DNA from: an uncultured Holophagales bacterium | Lineage (GTDB): Bacteria; Acidobacteriota; Thermoanaerobaculia; UBA5066 | Direction: 5' to 3' | Length of the DNA stretch: 62,318 nt | Assembly: GCA_964384675.1 (NCBI GenBank) | Contig: CAYLNK010000004.1 | Coordinates: 1-62,318 of the forward strand | Part shown: one piece after another, positions 55,397-62,318 of the stretch | Layout of the letters: each line of letters begins with the position of its first letter | How positions within the stretch are numbered: the first letter of the stretch is position 1 | Translations under genes and position numbers: made by a program | The notes under the pieces: generated by a model | Database searches by the model: none | Seen by the model: the letters and a program-made list of their open reading frames with translations, nothing else | Told to the model about the DNA's origin: nothing

Positions 55397-55500
55397 GAGG
55401 TTCGGGGCACCGAGCCCTATCGTAGTCCTCCCACGGAGGGCGCCCGGGCCGGTCGCTCGCGTTGGACACCGTGCTAGCCTCCGCGAAAAAAGGAGTCCCC

Positions 55501-55908
55501 ATGCCGAATCCTTTCGTTCACGTCGAGCTCCACACGGCCGACCTGAAGGCCGCCAAGAAGTTCTACCGCTCCCTGTTCGACTGGAAGCTGGAGGACGTGA
55601 AGATGGGGCCCGGGATGAAGTACACGATGCTCGACGTCGGCAAGGGTGTCGGCGGCGGCATGATGACGAAGCCGGCCCCCGAGGCTCCGGCCCAGTGGCT
55701 CTCGTACGTGGAGGTCGAGGACCTCGCCAAGACCGTCGCGAAAGCGCGGAAGATGGGCGCGAACGTGATCGTCGAGGGCCAGGAGGTGCCGGAGATGGGG
55801 ACGCTCGCCATCTTCGTCGACCCGACCGGCGCGATGCTCGGGCTCTGGCAGCCCGCGAAGAAGAAGCCGGCGCGGAAGGCGGCTGCCAAGCCCGCCGCCA
55901 AGCGCTGA
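55501..55908 (+). CDS. VOC/glyoxalase family protein with Lys/Ala-rich tail
   Basis: FVHVELHTADLKAAKKFY..W, WLSYVEVED, FVDPTGAMLGLWQ; SD AAGGAG. Confidence 0.9.
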   Translation: MPNPFVHVELHTADLKAAKKFYRSLFDWKLEDVKMGPGMKYTMLDVGKGVGGGMMTKPAPEAPAQWLSYVEVEDLAKTVAKARKMGANVIVEGQEVPEMGTLAIFVDPTGAMLGLWQPAKKKPARKAAAKPAAKR

Positions 55909-55995
55909 GCACCACCCGCCGGCGCCGCCGGCGGGCGATCGGGCGACAATGCCGTCTTTCGCGGGGCCGCCACGAGGCCCCGCGGTGAGGGTGTG

Positions 55996-56925
55996 ATGCG
56001 AGTCGTAGTGGCCCTGGGCGGTAACGCCCTCCTCCGGCGCGGCGAGCCGATGACGGCCGAGAACCAGCGCGCGAACGTGCGCGTCGCGGCCGAGGTGCTC
56101 GCCCCGGTCGCGCTGGAGCACCAGCTCGTCATCTCTCACGGGAACGGTCCGCAGGTGGGGCTCCTCGCCCTGCAGGCCGCGTCGTACGCCGGTGTCGAGC
56201 CGTACCCGCTCGACGTCCTGGGGGCGCAGACCGAAGGGATGATCGGCTACATGATCGAGCAGGAGCTGGGGAACCTCCTGCCGTTCCAGGTCCCCTTCGC
56301 GACGGTGCTGACGATGGTCGAGGTCGACCCGAAGGACCCCGCCTTCCAGAACCCGACGAAGCCGATCGGGCCCGTCTACTCCGAGGAGGAGGCGAAGCGC
56401 CTGTCGGCGGAGAAGGGGTGGACGGTCGCGCGGGACGGCGACCGGTTCCGGCGGGTGGTCCCGTCCCCGCTCCCGACGCGGATCTTCGAGATCCGGCCGA
56501 TCAAGTGGCTGCTCGAGAAGGGCGCCATCGTGGTGTGCGCGGGGGGCGGCGGCATCCCGACGATGTACGGCGAGGACGGCAAGCTGCGCGGGGCCGAGGT
56601 GGTGATCGACAAGGACCGCGCCAGCGCGCTCCTGGCCCAGCAGCTCGAGGCCGACGTCTTCGTGATGGCGACGGACGTGGCCGGGGTCGCGGTGAGCTGG
56701 GGAAAGCCGGACGCCCGGGTGATCCGGCGCGCGTCGCCCTCGGCGCTCGGCCGCTACGACTTCGCGTCCGGCTCGATGGGCCCGAAGGTCGAGGCGGCCC
56801 GCGACTTCGCGGCCCGTACCGGAAAGGTCGCGGCCATCGGCGCCCTCGGCGACATCGCGCTCATCCTGGAGGGGAGGGCCGGCACGATCGTGACGAACGA
56901 CGTCGCGACGATCGAGTGGGGCTGA
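55996..56925 (+). CDS. arcC: Carbamate kinase
   Basis: [54 protein letters not shown]. Confidence 0.93.
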   Translation: MRVVVALGGNALLRRGEPMTAENQRANVRVAAEVLAPVALEHQLVISHGNGPQVGLLALQAASYAGVEPYPLDVLGAQTEGMIGYMIEQELGNLLPFQVPFATVLTMVEVDPKDPAFQNPTKPIGPVYSEEEAKRLSAEKGWTVARDGDRFRRVVPSPLPTRIFEIRPIKWLLEKGAIVVCAGGGGIPTMYGEDGKLRGAEVVIDKDRASALLAQQLEADVFVMATDVAGVAVSWGKPDARVIRRASPSALGRYDFASGSMGPKVEAARDFAARTGKVAAIGALGDIALILEGRAGTIVTNDVATIEWG

Positions 56926-56931
56926 GGACGG

Positions 56932-57531
56932 TCAACGGCTCCCGGCCATCGTCCCCGCTTCCGGGGGCGCGCCCTTCGGAACGACCCGGTGGGCGACGGG
57001 CGCGAGGGTGGACGTCGAGGTGCCGGAGAAGTCGATGTGGTGCACCTTCGGGATCAGGCCGCCCTCGGTCGAGATGAAGACGCTCTCGACCGCCATCTCC
57101 TCGCCGTCGAGGGTGACGAAGGCGTGCACCCGGGCCCCGGCCTCCGTCTCGATCTCCTCGGCGCGGAAGACGATGCCCTGAAGGGCCTTCACGGAGAAAC
57201 GCACCTCGTGCGCGCCGATCTCCAGGAACTTGATCCCGTAGGCCCTGGTCCTCTCGAGGTTCGTCAGCTCCTCGCGCGCGCCGCCGCGCGTCTTCATGAC
57301 CCAGTAGACCTGGAGCGGGACGCGCGCGTGGAAGCCCTCGGTCGTCAGGTTCGCCTCGTAGACGAGCTCGTTCTGGTTCAGGCTCCGCCTCACCAGGAAG
57401 ACCGGCTGCGCGCAAGGCGGGTGGCACGGGCCCGGGACGGGGTCGGGCGGCGGCTCCCCGGACGCGATTGCCCCGGCCGGCGTCAGCGCCAGGACCAGCA
57501 GCAGGGGCAGGGGGGATCCTCGGGCGCGCAT
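56932..57531 (-). CDS. DUF4833-like secreted protein
   Basis: Signal peptide; FLVRRSLNQNELVYEANL..PLQVYW..REELTNLERTRAYG pattern. Confidence 0.7.
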   Translation of the reverse strand: MRARGSPLPLLLVLALTPAGAIASGEPPPDPVPGPCHPPCAQPVFLVRRSLNQNELVYEANLTTEGFHARVPLQVYWVMKTRGGAREELTNLERTRAYGIKFLEIGAHEVRFSVKALQGIVFRAEEIETEAGARVHAFVTLDGEEMAVESVFISTEGGLIPKVHHIDFSGTSTSTLAPVAHRVVPKGAPPEAGTMAGSR

Positions 57532-57575
57532 GGAGCGGGCATGGTACTCCCGCCCATCTGCGGCAGAATCGAGCC

Positions 57576-58649
57576 ATGGAATTCGGGATCCTCGGCCTCG
57601 AGCTGTCCGGCAAGACCACGCTCTTCTCCCTCCTGACCGGCCACGCCGCGGGCCCCGCGACGCACAAGCGCGAGGCCCACGTCGGCATCGCCCAGGTGCC
57701 CGACCCGCGGCTCGACCGGCTGACGGCGATGTTCAAGCCGAAGAAGCACACGCCCGCCACGGTGCGCTTCGTGGACGTCCCGGGCGTGACGAAGGGGGGC
57801 TCGCAGGGGCTCAACCTGCCGGAGCTCCGGCAGATGGACGGCCTCGCCGTCGTCGTGCGCGCCTTCCGCTCCGACGCGGTGCCGCACCCGGAGGGGACCG
57901 TCGACCCGGCGCGGGACCTGGAGCTCCTGGAGACCGAGATGCTCCTGGCCGACCTCTCGGTCGTCACGAACCGGCTGGAGCGGGTGGACCGGGACCTCCA
58001 CAAGAAGAAGACGCCCGAGCTGGAGGCCGAGAAGCACCTCCTCGAGCGGTTCCGGACGACGCTCGACCAGGGCGAGCCGCTCCGCCCGCTCGAGCTGACG
58101 GTCGACGAGCTCCGGATCGTGCGCGGTTTCCAGCTCCTGACCCAGAAGCCGATGCTCGTGGTCCTGAACGTCGGCGAGGAGGACGCCGCCGACCTTCCGG
58201 GCGCCCTCGAGCGGGCCGGCCTGGAGCGCTGGAAGGGCAAGCCGAAGATCGCCTTCAGCGCCGTCTCGGCCACCATCGAGCAGGAGATCTCCGCGATGGC
58301 GCCCGAGGATCAGGCGGAGTTCCTGAAGGGCCTCGGGATCCCCGACCGCGCGCTGGACAGGCTGCTCCGGGCCGCGTACGACCTGCTCGGCCTGATCTCC
58401 TTCCTGACCGCGGGCGAGGACGAGTGCCGCGCCTGGTCGATCGTGCGCGGGACGCCGGCCGCCAAGGCCGCGGCCGTGATCCACACCGACTTCGAGAAGC
58501 ACTTCATCCGAGCCGAGGTCGTCCCGTTCCAGGTCCTCGTCGACACGGGCTCCTTCGCCGCGTGCCGCACGCACGGCACCCTCCGGCTGGAGGGGCGCGA
58601 CTACGTGGTCGCGGACGGCGACGTGGTCAACTTCCGCGTCAGCGCCTGA
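57576..58649 (+). CDS. ychF: YchF/Obg-like ATPase (divergent P-loop variant)
   Basis: GLELSGKTTLF, VPDPRLDRL, FVDVPG, LTQKP, LISFLTAG..RAW, A..IHTDFEK.FIRAEV, LEGRDYVVADGDVVNFR. Confidence 0.85.
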   Translation: MEFGILGLELSGKTTLFSLLTGHAAGPATHKREAHVGIAQVPDPRLDRLTAMFKPKKHTPATVRFVDVPGVTKGGSQGLNLPELRQMDGLAVVVRAFRSDAVPHPEGTVDPARDLELLETEMLLADLSVVTNRLERVDRDLHKKKTPELEAEKHLLERFRTTLDQGEPLRPLELTVDELRIVRGFQLLTQKPMLVVLNVGEEDAADLPGALERAGLERWKGKPKIAFSAVSATIEQEISAMAPEDQAEFLKGLGIPDRALDRLLRAAYDLLGLISFLTAGEDECRAWSIVRGTPAAKAAAVIHTDFEKHFIRAEVVPFQVLVDTGSFAACRTHGTLRLEGRDYVVADGDVVNFRVSA

Positions 58650-58691
58650 GAGAACGGGGCAGCCCCGCCGTGATCTCGACGGGTCGCCCGA

Positions 58692-59906
58692 CTACTGGCC
58701 GGGGGCCCGCCGCCCGGCGAGCGCCAGGAAGGCGAGGTGGCCGGCCGCGGTGATGCAGTAGGTGGCGGGCAGGCCCAGCCGCTCGGCCACGGCGCCCCAG
58801 AGGGCCGCGCCGATCGCCATCGAGCCGCCCCAGGTCGTGATGTAGGTCCCGAACGCGCGGGCCCGGACCCAGGCCGGTGCCGAGAGCTGGATCGCGGTGT
58901 TCAGCGTGGAGAGCGTCGAGAGCCAGCCGGCGCCGCAGACGAAGAGCGCGCAGGCGACGGGTACGGGCCGCTCCAGGAACGCCAGCACGAGGTGCGCTCC
59001 GGCGGTGAGGACCGTGAACGTCCCGAGGAGCGCGCTCGTGGTCAGCCGCGCCCGGAGCGCCGGGAGGTACGTCGTCGCCGAGACGGCGCCCGCCCCGATG
59101 CAGCCGAGGAGGAGGCCGAATTTCGTCGACGAGAGGTGGAGCTCGTGGATCGCCAGGCTCGGCGTGAGCGAGAAGCCGACGCTGGCGAAGAAGACGTAGC
59201 CGGCCGTGCGAAGGAGGATGGCTCGGAGCGCGACGCTCTCGCGCACGTGGCGGAGCCCGGCCCCCACCGCCGCGACGAAGTCTTCCGGGGGTACGTCCCG
59301 TGGCGGCGGCACCCGCTTCCACCGCAGCAGGACGATCACCGTCGCGAGGAACGACGTCGCGTTCAGCGCGAAGGCGTAGGCCGGTCCGAGCGCGCCGACG
59401 ACGAGCCCGCCGATCGCCGGGCCGATCGCGCGGCTGGCGTTGAACCCGGCGCTGTTCAGGGCGACCCCGTGCGGGACGAGCGGCCTCGGCAGGATCTCGC
59501 CGACGTTCGCCTGCCAGGCCGGCCCCGTGAGCGCCGAGCCGACGCCGATGAGGAGCGACATCAGGAGGAGCACGCCGGGCGTGATCAGGTGGAGGAACGT
59601 CAGGAGCGAGAGCGTCGCCGCCACGCACATCATGTAGGTCTGCGCCGCGATCAGGAGCTTGCGGCGGTCCACGATGTCGGCGATCGCCCCGGCGGAGATG
59701 GCGAGGAGGAGCATCGGGAGCGTCGACCCGGTCTCGATCAGCGACAGCAGCAGAGGCGACGTCGTCAGCGTGGCCATCTGCCACTTCTCTCCGACGTTCT
59801 GGATCCAGGTGCCGACGTTCGAGGCGAGCGCGGCCATCCAGAGCGCGCGGAAGACGCGCACCCGCAGCGGCGACAGCGGGCCGTCCGGCTGGGCGGTCGC
59901 GGTCAC
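58692..59906 (-). CDS. MFS transporter (MFS_3-like)
   Basis: FRALWMAALASNVGTWIQ, GAIADIVDRRK, ALNSAGFNASRAIGPAIGG; ~12 TM segments. Confidence 0.9.
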   Translation of the reverse strand: MTATAQPDGPLSPLRVRVFRALWMAALASNVGTWIQNVGEKWQMATLTTSPLLLSLIETGSTLPMLLLAISAGAIADIVDRRKLLIAAQTYMMCVAATLSLLTFLHLITPGVLLLMSLLIGVGSALTGPAWQANVGEILPRPLVPHGVALNSAGFNASRAIGPAIGGLVVGALGPAYAFALNATSFLATVIVLLRWKRVPPPRDVPPEDFVAAVGAGLRHVRESVALRAILLRTAGYVFFASVGFSLTPSLAIHELHLSSTKFGLLLGCIGAGAVSATTYLPALRARLTTSALLGTFTVLTAGAHLVLAFLERPVPVACALFVCGAGWLSTLSTLNTAIQLSAPAWVRARAFGTYITTWGGSMAIGAALWGAVAERLGLPATYCITAAGHLAFLALAGRRAPGQ

Positions 59907-59966
59907 CCGGGAGCGATCTCGCGGTGCGGCACCGGCATCGTGGCAGGGTCGTCCCGGCTCGGACGC

Positions 59967-60974
59967 TCAGCCGACCTTCAGCACGAGCTTCCCGAAGTTC
60001 TCCCCGCGGAAGAGCCTCTGGAGCGTGTCGGGGAACGTCTCGAGCCCTTCGACGACGTCCTCCCTCGCCTTCAGCTTCCCCTCGGCCATCCAGCCCGCGA
60101 TGGCCGCCACGGCCTCGGGATACCGGGCCGCGTAGTCGAAGACGACGAAGCCTTCCATCCGCGCGCGGTTCACCAGGAGCGACAGGTAGTTCCTCGGACC
60201 CGAGGTGCCGTCCAGGTTGTTGTACTGGGAGATCGCGCCGCAGATGCCGACGCGCGCCTTCCGGGCCAGGAGCGCGAGCGCGATCTCGAGGATCTCCCCT
60301 CCGACGTTGTCGAAATAGACGTCGATCCCGTTCGGGCAATGCGGCTTGAGGGCCTTGTAGACGTCCTCGTGCTTGTAGTCGACGACGGCGTCGAAGCCCA
60401 GCTCCTCGCGGAGGTAGCGGCACTTCTCGGGACCGCCGGCGATGCCGACGGCGCGGCACCCCTTGATCCGCGCGATCTGTCCCACGACGCCGCCCACGGC
60501 GCCCGCCGCGCCCGACACCACGACGGTCTCGCCCTCCCTCGCCTGGCAGACGTCGAGGAGGCCGAAGTACGCGGTCATCCCCGGCATGCCGAGCGCGCCG
60601 AGGTAGCGGGGGAGGGGAGCGAGGCGCGGGTCGACCTTCGTCCACGCCCTCGCCTTCCCGACCGCGTATTCCTGCACGCCGGTGAGCCCCGTCACGGTAT
60701 CGCCCACGGCGAGCGACGGGTCGTTCGACGCGATGACGCGCCCCACGCCGCCCGCGCGCATGACCTCGCCGAGCGCCACCGGCGCGATGTACGACTTCCC
60801 CTCGTTCATCCAGCCGCGCATCGCGGGGTCGAGAGAGACGTACTGCACGGCCACCACGGCCTCGCCCTCGGCCGGCTCGGGGACCGGCCCGGTGACGAAG
60901 TCGAAGTCGCTGCGCTGGACCGGGCCGACGGGGCGGGCGATCAGGCGGAACTGGCGATTCGTGATCGAGGTCAT
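59967..60974 (-). CDS. NADP-dependent MDR oxidoreductase (CurA/prostaglandin reductase-like)
   Basis: YVSLDPAMRGWM, LGALGMPGMTAYFGL, VSGAAGAVG, YFDNVGG, CGAISQYN, GENFGKL. Confidence 0.93.
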   Translation of the reverse strand: MTSITNRQFRLIARPVGPVQRSDFDFVTGPVPEPAEGEAVVAVQYVSLDPAMRGWMNEGKSYIAPVALGEVMRAGGVGRVIASNDPSLAVGDTVTGLTGVQEYAVGKARAWTKVDPRLAPLPRYLGALGMPGMTAYFGLLDVCQAREGETVVVSGAAGAVGGVVGQIARIKGCRAVGIAGGPEKCRYLREELGFDAVVDYKHEDVYKALKPHCPNGIDVYFDNVGGEILEIALALLARKARVGICGAISQYNNLDGTSGPRNYLSLLVNRARMEGFVVFDYAARYPEAVAAIAGWMAEGKLKAREDVVEGLETFPDTLQRLFRGENFGKLVLKVG

Positions 60975-61021
60975 CGTGCGGTCCCTCCGACCGCCATTGG
61001 TATCACGTGTCACGTACGCGA

Positions 61022-61055
61022 TAGGAAACTCTTAGTTTCCGTTAGGAGGTTCTTA
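61022..61055. promoter_or_regulatory. Tandem TAGGA-N3-TCTTA boxes (21-bp period) between divergent genes
   Basis: TAGGAAACTCTTA 61022-61034 and TAGGAGGTTCTTA 61043-61055 in an AT-rich island. Confidence 0.6.
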
Positions 61056-61110
61056 AGTGGCCGCTCCGGCGGCGCGGCCACAGCTTTGGGGCGTCGAAAA
61101 GGAGGCCGCC

Positions 61111-61686
61111 ATGAAGAGCGCCGCACTCGCCCCGATCGTCCTCGCCCTCGCCCTCGCCGCCCCCGCGCACGCGAAGTCCCCGACTCCGGTCGAGCGCGGC
61201 AAGTACCTGGTGGCGATCATGGGCTGCAACGACTGCCACACGCCCCTGAAGATGGGGCCGAACGGCCCGGAGCCGGACGAGAGCCGGTACCTCTCGGGCC
61301 ACCCGCAGGAGATCGGCCCGCTGGCTCCCGCGGCGAGCCACGGACCCGCGAACGGCCCCTGGCTGTGGCAGGGCGCCGCGACCAACACGGCCTACGCGGG
61401 ACCCTGGGGCGTCACGTACACCGCGAATCTCACGCCGGACGTCAACACCGGCATCGGCATCTGGACCGAGGAGATGTTCGTCAGGACGATCAAGACCGGG
61501 AAGCACTGGGGCGTCGCGCGTCCGATCCAGCCCCCGATGCCGTGGCCCGCGTACCGCAACGCCTCGGAGGACGACCTGAAAGCCGTGTACGCGTACCTCC
61601 GGACGATCAAGCCGATCAAGAACCTCGTCCCCGACTACCAGCCCCCCGTCGAGAACCGGGTCGCCGCGCTGAAGCCCGCGAGGTAG
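61111..61686 (+). CDS. Secreted monoheme c-type cytochrome
   Basis: Signal peptide; VERGKYLV..GCNDCHTP (CxxCH), ANLTPD, PPMPW, DDLKAVYAYL. SD AAGGAGG. Confidence 0.9.
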   Translation: MKSAALAPIVLALALAAPAHAKSPTPVERGKYLVAIMGCNDCHTPLKMGPNGPEPDESRYLSGHPQEIGPLAPAASHGPANGPWLWQGAATNTAYAGPWGVTYTANLTPDVNTGIGIWTEEMFVRTIKTGKHWGVARPIQPPMPWPAYRNASEDDLKAVYAYLRTIKPIKNLVPDYQPPVENRVAALKPAR

Positions 61687-61715
61687 GGCGCGGAGATGGA
61701 CTCCGCATCGGAAGG

Positions 61716-61741
61716 AGGAGCGCGCCCGCCGGCGCGCTCCT
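61716..61741. terminator. GC-rich hairpin between convergent genes, probable terminator
   Basis: AGGAGCGCGCC-cgcc-GGCGCGCTCCT (11-bp stem) followed by TCTCTTC on the + strand; a second hairpin GCGGAG/CTCCGC at 61690-61706. Confidence 0.6.
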
Positions 61742-61750
61742 TCTCTTCGA

Positions 61751-62317
61751 TCAGATCGAGATCGAGCCCTTGCGGAACGCGGTCTTGCCGAGGAGCGCGT
61801 TCACCAGCACCGGGCGGCCCCCCCGGGCGAGCTCCCGGGCGCGGGTGAGCGTCGCGGCCGCTTCGTCCGGCCGGTCGAGGAGGAGCCCCTCGGCGCCGAA
61901 GCCGATCGCGACCCGGTCGTAGTCGGTGGCCGCGAGCACGGTGCCGACGTCGTCCCCCAGCACCTCGACCTGCTCCCGCGCGATCTGCGACCAGCAGGCG
62001 TCGTTCCCGACGACGGCGATCACCGGGATGCCATGCCGCACGAACGTGTCGAGCTCGGTCAGCCCGTAGCCGACCGAGCCGTCCCCGAAGATCGCCCAGA
62101 CCTCGGGGGCGGAACGGCAGAGGGCCGCTCCGAGCGCGAACCCGGCACCCACGCCGAGCGTCCCGAAGACGCCGGGATCGAGCCAGGCGAGCGGCCCGCG
62201 CGGCCGGAGGACGTACGACGCCGTGGCCACGAAGTCGCCGCCGTCGGCGACGAACGCGGCGTCGGGTCCCGCCGCGCGCTCGATCTCGCGGCAGAGGAAG
62301 ACCGGATCCACGGCCCG
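61751..62317 (-). CDS. C-terminal part of a thiamine-pyrophosphate enzyme (acetolactate synthase-like / IlvB-like), 5'-truncated by window edge
   Basis: [35 protein letters not shown] (TPP-binding GDG...N motif). Confidence 0.88.
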   Translation of the reverse strand, partial: RAVDPVFLCREIERAAGPDAAFVADGGDFVATASYVLRPRGPLAWLDPGVFGTLGVGAGFALGAALCRSAPEVWAIFGDGSVGYGLTELDTFVRHGIPVIAVVGNDACWSQIAREQVEVLGDDVGTVLAATDYDRVAIGFGAEGLLLDRPDEAAATLTRARELARGGRPVLVNALLGKTAFRKGSISI

Positions 62318-62318
62318 G

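Noticed and set aside
55850-55908. Lys/Ala-rich tail PAKKKPARKAAAKPAAKR on the VOC protein, and Arg-rich tails on ATL and the DUF4143 ATPase
   Set aside because: Short low-complexity tails are common in high-GC genomes; no evidence for a histone-like function.
1-62318. CRISPR arrays, tRNA/rRNA, IS elements, prophage or integrase genes
   Set aside because: No regularly spaced repeats, cloverleaf/rRNA signatures or transposase/integrase motifs were seen by eye; tRNAscan/Infernal/ISEScan would be needed to exclude them formally.

Overview
GC-rich (roughly 70% by eye), gene-dense bacterial chromosomal segment of about 46 CDS. I saw no rRNA, tRNA, CRISPR array, integrase or transposase. The C-terminal domains of two secreted proteins suggest Acidobacteriota, probably Thermoanaerobaculia-like (inference, not a database result). 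Main blocks: (1) 1-9.3 kb, minus strand: an alpha-2-macroglobulin operon of the yfa/mag type (YfaP, YfaT, YfaA-like, A2M with intact CAEQ thioester). Its last gene is truncated by the window edge and missing from the ORF track; it carries both a gluzincin HExxH-x18-E motif and a full SxxK/SxN/KTG serine-transpeptidase triad. (2) 9.4-23.2 kb: membrane protein, periplasmic-sensor diguanylate cyclase, BNR beta-propeller, class III aminotransferase and a large NHL/Ig surface protein. (3) 23-41 kb: mixed accessory genes, including a DUF4143 ATPase, ATL, M23 peptidase, a BtrH-like gene with a structured 5' leader, amidase, DUF1549/1553 + DUF1501, DinB, a frameshifted membrane protein and AraC with a divergent secreted protein. 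(4) 41-53 kb: an acetate/propionate activation island, acs-acuB-acuC-prpE-like-Pat acetyltransferase, divergent from porin-MFS-USP. (5) 53-62 kb: kinase-USP + metallophosphoesterase, VOC, orphan carbamate kinase, DUF4833, YchF-like ATPase, MFS, NADP oxidoreductase, cytochrome c and a truncated TPP enzyme. Many long track ORFs are GC-rich shadow frames, so I re-picked starts by hand. All family assignments come from motif recognition, not HMM searches.
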